Positions 7,709-14,203 of a stretch of 35,043 nucleotides of DNA are shown here, one piece after another. The stretch's first letter is position 1. The number at the start of each line of letters is the position of its first letter. This DNA comes from Candidatus Woesearchaeota archaeon (GTDB taxonomy: Archaea; Nanobdellota; Nanobdellia; Pacearchaeales; GW2011-AR1). A program made the position numbers and the translations under genes. The stretch lies in assembly GCA_964630965.1 (NCBI GenBank), contig CAZVXB010000001.1:1-35043 (forward strand), read 5' to 3'. The notes beneath the pieces were generated by a model. The model searched no databases. It was not told the DNA's origin and saw nothing but the letters and a program-made list of their open reading frames with translations.

Positions 7709-7906
7709 ATGATTATACCTGTTCGATGCTTCTCATGTGGAAGGCCTATTGCTCATTTGTGGGATTCATACAAGTCTCGCGTTGCCAATGGTGAAGACCC
7801 TGCTCGTGTACTTGACGATATCGGGCTTGACCGTTACTGCTGCCGCGCAGCACTATTAGGAAATGCAGAACTATTGCCTAAGATTACTAAGTTCAAGAAA
7901 TTCTAG
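7709..7906 (+). CDS. rpoN: DNA-directed RNA polymerase subunit N (Rpo10)
   Basis: MIIPVRCFSCGRPIAHLWDSY...GLDRYCCRAALLG, 65 aa, with the canonical Rpb10/RpoN zinc motif. Confidence 0.9.
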   Translation: MIIPVRCFSCGRPIAHLWDSYKSRVANGEDPARVLDDIGLDRYCCRAALLGNAELLPKITKFKKF

Positions 7907-8141
7907 TTTTAGTCTTATACCCACATTTTAGACAGGTTGTAATTTTATGCGTTTTTGTAACACGTATCGTTCCGTTCCTTAACGAAGAAAAACATCTCTT
8001 ACAAAATAGCGCCCGTTTACCTCCGAGTCTAATTTTATGTTTCATCGCAAGCCTCCGTATCTTTCTAACTTCCTCTGAAGAAAATGTTTTGCGTGTAAAA
8101 AAAGAATCTATTTTCTCTTTAGCTGTTGATTTTGATTCCAC
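7893..8141 (-). CDS. rnp4: RNase P protein component 4 (Rpr2/Rpp21 family)
   Basis: It has a basic helical N-terminus (EEVRKIRRLAMKHKIRL) followed by a Zn ribbon, FCKRCFSSLRNGTIRV....TCLKCGYKTK. The only in-frame start that keeps the N-terminal helices is GTG at 8141. Confidence 0.65.
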   Translation of the reverse strand: MESKSTAKEKIDSFFTRKTFSSEEVRKIRRLAMKHKIRLGGKRALFCKRCFSSLRNGTIRVTKTHKITTCLKCGYKTKTRIS

Positions 8142-8176
8142 AGAATCCTATAATAAAGGTCTTAAAATAGGTTGTG

Positions 8177-9085
8177 TTATGGGAAGTGGATTTTTTCTTC
8201 AACCATCCTACTTAAATCGCTAAGATCTGCAGAACAACGCTCAAGTTCCTCAAGCGAACGTCCTCGCAATCTGTCTATTTTTCTCTTGAGTTGACGATGT
8301 GTTAATCTCGAAGCTAGATTGGGCCTTCCATTTATTTGGTCTTGACCAACAGGTTTTCCTATTTTTTCGGAGTTCGCCTTAAGGTCCATATTATCATCGA
8401 TTAACTGATACGCCACTCCAAACGCACGACCAAATATACCCAGTCTGCGAAGATCTTCTTCGCTCGCATTGCCAAGTCTCCCACCAATTTGGGCGCTCGC
8501 GGCAAGAAGAGAACCGGTTTTTCCTTCATACATCTTTCCATGTTCTCTCAAGGTTAGTTTCCTCTTCTTCATTCCTAAATCGTCACATTGTCCTCTAACG
8601 AGCTGTTTCGAAGCCTCACGCAATCGTTCCGTTATGTATGCTTTTTGAGCCTCACTTGCATTACTATTAGCCACTAATTCTGGCGCATAGGTTCCTGATA
8701 AAAGGACAGCAACCATCTCTGCTAATGAAACTCCTCTTTTCTGCGATTCTATTTCATTTCCTGGAACCTCATACTCTTTAGAGGCCCAATTCCAACAAGA
8801 GGCTCTTCCGTGTCGCAATCCTGAATTATCCATTGAAGGCATGTCGTCTAGAATTAAGGTGGCTCTATGAAGTACTTCAACTGCTACAGCATGGGGGATA
8901 ATGTCTACAGAAGCTCCATACGCATGGGCTATTTGGTATACTAAAAGGGGACGAGAAAGACTCCCCACATGGTTTGCCATGACATAATTCATAGCATTTG
9001 CTTCGGGATTCCCATTCTTTGGAAATTTCTTATCAATAAAATCCCACAATTGCTTTGTAGCAACTTCAATTTCTAATGGTTTCAT
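8177..9085 (-). CDS. trans-polyprenyl diphosphate synthase (GGPP synthase-like)
   Basis: First Asp-rich motif DDMPSMD followed by RHG; second Asp-rich motif QLIDDNMD. The track start at 9097 is GTG. The ATG at 9085 (MKPLEIE) is 25 nt from a TATA-like box. Confidence 0.8.
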   Translation of the reverse strand: MKPLEIEVATKQLWDFIDKKFPKNGNPEANAMNYVMANHVGSLSRPLLVYQIAHAYGASVDIIPHAVAVEVLHRATLILDDMPSMDNSGLRHGRASCWNWASKEYEVPGNEIESQKRGVSLAEMVAVLLSGTYAPELVANSNASEAQKAYITERLREASKQLVRGQCDDLGMKKRKLTLREHGKMYEGKTGSLLAASAQIGGRLGNASEEDLRRLGIFGRAFGVAYQLIDDNMDLKANSEKIGKPVGQDQINGRPNLASRLTHRQLKRKIDRLRGRSLEELERCSADLSDLSRMVEEKIHFP

Positions 9086-9105
9086 AAAAAACGCCACAAT
9101 TGGCG

Positions 9106-9114
9106 ATATAAAAA
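9106..9114 (-). promoter_or_regulatory. TATA-like box for the polyprenyl synthase gene
   Basis: The minus strand reads TTTTTATAT. Its centre is 25 nt upstream of the ATG at 9085. Confidence 0.5.
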
Positions 9115-9135
9115 CATGCCGGTAGTGAGTATAAA

Positions 9136-9249
9136 GAAGACAGCATCCGTGTTTCGCCTCTGTTCGGAGACTAACGCGCCGGACGCAATCGGCTTAACTT
9201 CTGTGTTCGGAAAGGGAACAGGTGTGGCCCGATTGCTGTGGCCGTCTTC
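9136..9249 (-). rRNA. 5S ribosomal RNA (orphan copy; ends approximate to a few nt)
   Basis: The reverse complement reads GAAGACGGCCACAGCAAUCGGGCCACACCUGUUCCCUUUCCGAACACAGAAGUUAAGCCGAUUGCGUCCGGCGCGUUAGUCUCCGAACAGAGGCGAAACACGGAUGCUGUCUUC. It contains the universal CCGAACACAGAAGUUAAGC loop C/helix III motif. A 9-bp helix I forms between the termini (GAAGACGGC/GCUGUCUUC, one G-U). A T-run follows the 3' end. Confidence 0.9.
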
Positions 9250-9270
9250 ATAATCTCTGCCACACATGTC

Positions 9271-9278
9271 TTTAAAAA
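9271..9278. promoter_or_regulatory. shared or bidirectional TATA-like box between 5S rRNA (minus) and the kinase-like gene (plus)
   Basis: TTTAAAAA centred at 9274.5, which is 25.5 nt from the 5S 5' end (9249) and 26.5 nt from the ATG at 9301. Confidence 0.5.
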
Positions 9279-9300
9279 GATTTCGTTAGCTCTTAAAATA

Positions 9301-9885
9301 ATGTCGTACAATGCATTGGCCGTTTCAGGTGACCCTTGTTCCGGAAAGACAGAACTAATCAAACGACTCGTAGAACGTCTTGGCTGGGAAGCAGGTTCTA
9401 TAGGAGGCATGTTTAGGGCAACGTTTGAATCCTGGAAAGAGACTACTCCTCTAAGAAGCCAGTCTGAAAATGATTTCGATTATTGGTGGGCTCATACGGT
9501 ATCTAATGAAATTATCAGAAAGGTAAACCTCGATGCAACAGACCGATTAGTAAAGGGAAACTATATTTTAGACTCAAGATATGCGATTCAAAACGTCAAA
9601 GGGCTCTCAAACGTAGCAGTCATCTATTTAACGGCCCCTCTAGAAGTTAGAGCTCAACGCGCCATAGATTCGGGCCGATATCCTGGTATTTCTCTACACG
9701 GTGCCGGAGGGGTAATGGAAATACTCCATCGAAGATCACAAGAGGAATATAGAAGAGGGTTTGAACTCTATGGCTTTGATTATCGAGATCTAAGAAATTA
9801 TGATATCATCCTTAACACGGGCAGACTAACTATTGAACAAGAACATGCCCAAGTCTGCACACTCTTAAACCAAAGAGTTAAGTAA
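9301..9885 (+). CDS. P-loop kinase, cytidylate-kinase-like (divergent paralogue)
   Basis: I chose the ATG at 9301 (MSYNALAVSGDPCSGKTE) because the longer track ORF would run through the 5S gene. The P-loop is GDPCSGKT. The C-terminal half aligns by eye with the next gene (LD.R/K......V..YL.A....RAQR......R...E). Confidence 0.55.
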   Translation: MSYNALAVSGDPCSGKTELIKRLVERLGWEAGSIGGMFRATFESWKETTPLRSQSENDFDYWWAHTVSNEIIRKVNLDATDRLVKGNYILDSRYAIQNVKGLSNVAVIYLTAPLEVRAQRAIDSGRYPGISLHGAGGVMEILHRRSQEEYRRGFELYGFDYRDLRNYDIILNTGRLTIEQEHAQVCTLLNQRVK

Positions 9886-9919
9886 CAAGAATCATTTTAC
9901 AAAAAATGGGTGTAAAAGA

Positions 9920-10528
9920 ATGGTCGTGATTGCAATATCGGGACAGCCCGGCGCTGGAAGTACAACAACGGCCCGTTTACTTGCTGAACGCATGAAACTT
10001 AATTATTTCAGTCCGGGAAGGGTGTTCAAAGACTTGGGAAAAGGAACAGCACACGAGCAATTTTACTATGATGAATTCAAGGCTCGATGCGATCGCCTCG
10101 GTCTCGTTATTCCTTCTCTATCGGCATCCAATGATACCTCGGGCACTGTCGATCTTTGGAATACTTCCTTTGGAAAGGATCCTAGACTCCATAAAATTAT
10201 AGATGATTTACAAAAATCAATAGCACGTAAGGGAAATGTCGTTCTTGATGGGAAACTTTCATTACACATGATTCGTGAAGCCAATCTAAGAGTGTGGCTC
10301 AAGGCTTCTCGACAAAAAAGAGCTCAACGCGTATACGAGCGAGACGCCATCCCTCTGATTGACGCAGAAAAGCTTCTTCATAAACGTGAAAGTATAGAAC
10401 GAGAAGAATGGAAGGCCATGTACGGCATAGATTATTGGATGCAAGAAGTGTTAGCAAATAAAGTTATAGATACGACTAACAAATCTCCTTCTCAAGTTGC
10501 GCTCGAAATAGAACAAGGATTACTCTAA
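9920..10528 (+). CDS. cmk: archaeal-type cytidylate kinase (Cmk-like)
   Basis: MVVIAISGQPGAGSTTTARLLAERMKLNYFSPGRVFKDL matches the archaeal putative cytidylate kinase pattern. Lid region: WLKASRQKRAQRVYERD. Confidence 0.65.
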   Translation: MVVIAISGQPGAGSTTTARLLAERMKLNYFSPGRVFKDLGKGTAHEQFYYDEFKARCDRLGLVIPSLSASNDTSGTVDLWNTSFGKDPRLHKIIDDLQKSIARKGNVVLDGKLSLHMIREANLRVWLKASRQKRAQRVYERDAIPLIDAEKLLHKRESIEREEWKAMYGIDYWMQEVLANKVIDTTNKSPSQVALEIEQGLL

Positions 10529-10529
10529 C

Positions 10530-11375
10530 TTACGGGCTTCTAAGTCGAAGAGAAACCCAATACACATATCCTAAGAGTATCGACAAAAGTGTTGAACCAA
10601 TAAGCACCCACACGAGCAAGGTCGTGTGCAGTTTAAAGAAAGCGTCAGAAAGTGCCGGTATACCGAATATCGCTCCAATGGTTCCTGGAACCGAGACTAC
10701 GATGCTTGTAATAGTTAGGAACGTAGTAATCACCGTCAATCGTCGCATAGTCACGTTCAGTTCGCGATTTGACTTCATTTCGTATTTTGTTCGTAGAGAG
10801 GCAATACGATAAATATGGCTACGACAACGTTCGAGCCAATAGCGGGTCTCCCCGCTTAGAAGTTCATAATCAAACCCTATAAGTTCAACGTCAAAACTTT
10901 TCACACTTCGCTCTTTAAGAAGAATAATTAATTGTACAAGTTCTTCAAATCTATCGGTTAGTCTTCGCAAATCACGGCCAGATGTTTCTATATGGTCAAG
11001 AACAGGGTTCAAATCAAGATCGTTCATACGATTACGGATACGTTCAAACTCGTGCGAATAATTACGTAAGACTGATTTGAGGAAAGTGAATGCGAGAGCT
11101 GTGCTTTCTCCATAGGGTTTCTTCAATATAGTCTTGAATTCTCTTGTTCCTCGCTCAAAAGAACCATCGCTAAACGCAAGTGCATTTCTCTTTGAGAGTA
11201 CCACAATCGCTCTGCCCAAAGGGTTGTTGTAGAGGGGAACGCTAATGAGCGTGTAACTTGCCCGGTGATCAAACAAAGGAAAGTCGAGTTTACTAAGGGC
11301 ATCAATATCAATAACGAGTCGTAATTGTGCAACTCTTTGTTTGAAATTATCCAAGTTATTAAAAAATTCAATCAT
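10530..11375 (-). CDS. CorA-like divalent-cation channel homologue with atypical pore motif
   Basis: 281 aa. A soluble N-terminal domain is followed by a long helix and two C-terminal TMs. The TM1-loop sequence LTVITTFLTITSIVVSVPGTIGAIFGIPAL aligns with the CorA pattern ...IFLPLT...GI(Y/F)GMN, but reads GIP instead of GMN. Confidence 0.5.
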   Translation of the reverse strand: MIEFFNNLDNFKQRVAQLRLVIDIDALSKLDFPLFDHRASYTLISVPLYNNPLGRAIVVLSKRNALAFSDGSFERGTREFKTILKKPYGESTALAFTFLKSVLRNYSHEFERIRNRMNDLDLNPVLDHIETSGRDLRRLTDRFEELVQLIILLKERSVKSFDVELIGFDYELLSGETRYWLERCRSHIYRIASLRTKYEMKSNRELNVTMRRLTVITTFLTITSIVVSVPGTIGAIFGIPALSDAFFKLHTTLLVWVLIGSTLLSILLGYVYWVSLRLRSP

Positions 11376-11431
11376 ACGTTCAAGGTAAAAATCTGATTTA
11401 TAACAATTTGTATTCTCCGCGAATAATAACC

Positions 11432-11438
11432 TTTAAAA
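11432..11438 (+). promoter_or_regulatory. TATA-like box for the tRNA-Leu/tRNA-Arg pair
   Basis: TTTAAAA with its centre 28 nt upstream of the mature tRNA-Leu 5' end at 11463. Confidence 0.5.
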
Positions 11439-11462
11439 CAGGCTTGAAGCTTCCAATAATGC

Positions 11463-11546
11463 GTGGGCGTGCCGGAGCGGTCAAACGGGTCGGTCTCAAG
11501 AGCCGATAGCTTAGTGCTTTCAGAGGTTCGAATCCTCTCGCCCACA
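11463..11546 (+). tRNA. tRNA-Leu(CAA)
   Basis: Acceptor GUGGGCG/CGCCCAC with discriminator A. Anticodon stem UCGGU/GCCGA and loop CUCAAGA. Long variable arm UAGCUUAGUGCUUUC. T arm AGAGG-UUCGAAU-CCUCU. No encoded CCA. Confidence 0.9.
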
Positions 11547-11549
11547 CTT

Positions 11550-11624
11550 GCCCTCGTAGCTCAGCCCGGATAGAGCAATGGGGTCCTAACCCGGAGGTCG
11601 AAGGTTCAAATCCTTCCGAGGGCG
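11550..11624 (+). tRNA. tRNA-Arg(CCU)
   Basis: Acceptor GCCCUCG/CGAGGGC with discriminator G. D arm GCUC-AGCCCGGAUA-GAGC. Anticodon loop GUCCUAA. T arm GAAGG-UUCAAAU-CCUUC. It starts 3 nt after tRNA-Leu. No encoded CCA. Confidence 0.88.
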
Positions 11625-11636
11625 GTTCCCATAAAG

Positions 11637-11645
11637 TTTAAAATA
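11637..11645 (+). promoter_or_regulatory. TATA-like box for tRNA-Gly
   Basis: TTTAAAATA with its centre 27 nt upstream of 11668. Confidence 0.5.
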
Positions 11646-11667
11646 CATTCTCAACAGCTCCTTACAT

Positions 11668-11738
11668 GCGCGGTTAGTTTAATGGCAAAATAGCTGGTTT
11701 CCAACCAGCGGTCACGGGTTCGATTCCCGTACCGCGCA
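11668..11738 (+). tRNA. tRNA-Gly(UCC)
   Basis: Acceptor GCGCGGU/ACCGCGC with discriminator A. Anticodon stem GCUGG/CCAGC and loop UUUCCAA. T arm ACGGG-UUCGAUU-CCCGU. No encoded CCA. Confidence 0.9.
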
Positions 11739-11763
11739 TCCTAAATACTACGTCAAGAATAAC

Positions 11764-11770
11764 TTTAAAA
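11764..11770 (+). promoter_or_regulatory. TATA-like box for secF-secD
   Basis: TTTAAAA with its centre 26 nt upstream of the ATG at 11793. Confidence 0.5.
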
Positions 11771-11792
11771 GTGCTCTTTCTCCTTTACCTTT

Positions 11793-12686
11793 ATGTCTGA
11801 AACAACCCAATTACACGCGGGTAAAAATTGGTATGATAAGTCATACAAGTATCTCTTGATTATTCCTGCCTTGCTTTTAATTTTCTCAGTAATCTATCTC
11901 TACAATTTCTACGGAGAAAACGGAGACATAATAAAAAAAGACGTTTCTCTCACGGGAGGAACAAGTATCACGGTGTTAGATAATCGAGATGTTTTATTCG
12001 TAGAATCCTCTCTAAAAGAGAAATTCCCTGATGTCGATGTGCGTTCCTTAGCCGATTTTCAAACAGGAGCTCAACGAGGGTTCTATGTTGAAACTGCAGC
12101 CCCTGTTGAAGAAGTTAGAGCAGAGTTGGAATCTCTCCTAGGTTACAATCTCACCTCGGAAAATGCCTCCATAGAATTTACCGGGGCAGCGCTTTCTTCC
12201 AGTTTCTATCAACAGTTAAGATTAGCCCTTATCTTTGCATTCGTTCTTATGGGGATTGTTGTATTCCTCATATTCAGGACCACAGTTCCAAGTCTCGCCG
12301 TTATAGTCGCCGCTCTTGCAGATATAATAATGACAATAGTTACTATAAATCTCTTGGGAGTAAATGTTTCAACCGCTGGAATCGTAGCTCTTCTTATGCT
12401 CATAGGGTTCTCGGTTGATACCGATATTTTGTTAACCTCAAGGGTTATCAAAAATTCCGAGGGAAGCATAAATCGTAGAATTTACGGTGCGTTTAAGACA
12501 GGGATGTTTATGACACTTACAGCTATCGCGGCTGTCGGAGTAAGCCTTTGGTCTATCGGAACTTACTCTGAGACATTACATCAGACCTTTCTCATTCTCC
12601 TCATCGGGCTCGGGTACGATATTTTCAATACCTGGGTTACGAACGCCTCTCTTTTGAAATGGTATGCGGAGGTAAAACGACTATAA
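11793..12686 (+). CDS. secF: protein-export membrane protein SecF
   Basis: 297 aa. N-terminal TM, a periplasmic domain (SLTGGTSITV), then a 5-TM bundle (FVLMGIVVFLIFR...LMLIGFSVDTDILL) typical of SecF. Its stop TAA shares one nt with the secD ATG (TAATG). Confidence 0.85.
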   Translation: MSETTQLHAGKNWYDKSYKYLLIIPALLLIFSVIYLYNFYGENGDIIKKDVSLTGGTSITVLDNRDVLFVESSLKEKFPDVDVRSLADFQTGAQRGFYVETAAPVEEVRAELESLLGYNLTSENASIEFTGAALSSSFYQQLRLALIFAFVLMGIVVFLIFRTTVPSLAVIVAALADIIMTIVTINLLGVNVSTAGIVALLMLIGFSVDTDILLTSRVIKNSEGSINRRIYGAFKTGMFMTLTAIAAVGVSLWSIGTYSETLHQTFLILLIGLGYDIFNTWVTNASLLKWYAEVKRL

Positions 12687-14203
12687 TGGCACGTATAGGG
12701 TGGAGAGTTTGGATCCTCATTATCGCATTGGTTCTTTCAATTTTAGCCCTCGGCCCGTCCTTTAAATCGGGAATTGTAGTAAAATCTGTTGAAAAAGATT
12801 CTCCTGCCTTCTTTGAAGGCATGCGAGAAGGAGAAGTTATTTCATCGATAAATGGTGTTCCTATTAAAACGCTCGAAGATTACAGAAATGCTACTCTCGG
12901 ATTAGTTCCTCGAGCTGAACCTATAAAAGTAGAAATAGTGACAGACAGTACCTCTCACATTTTCTTTACCAATTCTTCTCTAGGATTCACTGTTCAACCC
13001 GCACAGAAAACAAATCTTAAATCAGGTCTAGACATTCAGGGAGGTGCTCGAGCCTTAGTTAAACCAGCACAGGAAATAACTGATGCTCAACTTAACGATT
13101 TGATTGCAGTAAGCAACAACCGATTCAACGTCTTCGGAATATCAGATGTCAAAATCAGAGCTGTAAGGGACCTACAAGGAGACAAATTCATGCTCATAGA
13201 GGTTGCAGGTGCAACTCCCACTGATCTTGAAAATCTTGTTGCCCAACAGGGCAAGTTTGAAGCTCGTATTGGAAACACGACTGTTTTCACAGGAGGTAAT
13301 GAAGATATCACCTCTGTTTGTCGTAACGACGCAACATGTGCGGGAGTAACTGGTTGTTTCCCTGACCAGACAGGAACGTATCTCTGTAACTTTGCATTTA
13401 CTCTTTATCTCAGCGAAGAAGCGGCGAAGCGTCACGCTCAAATTACAGACGAAATTGAAGTTGATTATACGACGGGAGGAAGGTATCTCAAGGGGAACCT
13501 TACTTTGATATTGGACGATAAAATAGTCGATACCCTCCTCATAAGTAAGGACCTCAAAGGGCGTGAGACGACTCAAATTTCTATCCAAGGTTCAGGCACA
13601 GGTGTAACCCAAGAAGAAGCCCTTAAAAACGCGCAAGAATCCATGCACACGCTTCAAACGGTTCTTATAACGGGAAGCTTGCCTTACAAATTAGAGATTG
13701 TAAAACTAGACACCATATCTCCTATCCTCGGGTCAGAATTCACTAAAAGGCTCCTTATAACAGGGTTCCTTGCCATCGCGGCTGTTTCTCTACTGGTATT
13801 TATCAGATATAGAAAGCTAAAAGAATCACTTGCTGTACTCTTTACTTCCTTTTCAGAAGTCATTATAATTTTGGGGGTTGCTGCATTGATAGGGTGGAAT
13901 CTTGATCTTCCTTCTATCGCAGGTATTCTCGCTACAATCGGTACGGGCGTAGACCAACAAATCGTGATTCTCGATGAAGCCCGTAGAGAACGCCTGCTTT
14001 CTTTGAAAGAAAAGATGAAGCGAGCACTCTTCATAGTTTTCTCAGCATATGCAACTTCCGTTGTTTCACTTCTTCCTCTCTATTGGGCAGGAGCAGGATT
14101 GTTCAAAGGGTTTGCAGTAACAACGATTATTGGAATAACTGCAGGAGTCCTCATAAGTCGACCTGCATTTGCTGAGATGATTAAGAAGATAGAGGAGAAC
14201 TAA
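12686..14203 (+). CDS. secD: protein-export membrane protein SecD
   Basis: GLDIQGGARALVKP motif, a large periplasmic domain and a C-terminal 5-TM bundle (ATIGTGVDQQIVILDE). I chose the start at 12686 (MARIGWRVWILIIALV) because it is stop/start coupled to secF. The track start is 12659. Confidence 0.85.
   Translation: MARIGWRVWILIIALVLSILALGPSFKSGIVVKSVEKDSPAFFEGMREGEVISSINGVPIKTLEDYRNATLGLVPRAEPIKVEIVTDSTSHIFFTNSSLGFTVQPAQKTNLKSGLDIQGGARALVKPAQEITDAQLNDLIAVSNNRFNVFGISDVKIRAVRDLQGDKFMLIEVAGATPTDLENLVAQQGKFEARIGNTTVFTGGNEDITSVCRNDATCAGVTGCFPDQTGTYLCNFAFTLYLSEEAAKRHAQITDEIEVDYTTGGRYLKGNLTLILDDKIVDTLLISKDLKGRETTQISIQGSGTGVTQEEALKNAQESMHTLQTVLITGSLPYKLEIVKLDTISPILGSEFTKRLLITGFLAIAAVSLLVFIRYRKLKESLAVLFTSFSEVIIILGVAALIGWNLDLPSIAGILATIGTGVDQQIVILDEARRERLLSLKEKMKRALFIVFSAYATSVVSLLPLYWAGAGLFKGFAVTTIIGITAGVLISRPAFAEMIKKIEEN

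Noticed and set aside
8156-8170. The 15-mer aaggtcttaaaatag is repeated exactly at 16531..16545, in both cases at a gene boundary. I considered it as a possible shared regulatory or terminator motif.
   Set aside because: About one chance 15-mer match is expected in a 35-kb A/T-biased window. Each copy is already explained as a stop codon plus a TATA-like box context. Two copies are not enough to call a motif.
9082-9410. Two minus-strand ORFs (61 and 79 aa), and the N-terminal 21 codons of the plus-strand ORF starting at 9238.
   Set aside because: They overlap the 5S rRNA gene and its promoter. The plus-strand gene has a clean ATG at 9301 placed 26 nt after the TATA-like box.
11123-11371. An 82-aa alternative-frame minus-strand ORF inside the CorA-like gene. 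Similar short antisense or off-frame ORFs occur throughout the track (for example 2157..2345, 2342..2599, 12209..12469, 13172..13588, 22683..22985, 28440..28793).
   Set aside because: Each is fully nested in a longer ORF with clear family motifs, and none has its own promoter-like box at the expected spacing.
12659-12685. The longer SecD start at 12659 (MVCGGKTTIM...) with a GGAGGT at 12667..12672.
   Set aside because: The extension lies wholly inside secF and adds nine N-terminal residues (MVCGGKTTI). The ATG at 12686 is coupled to the secF stop (TAATG) and is followed directly by the TM segment.
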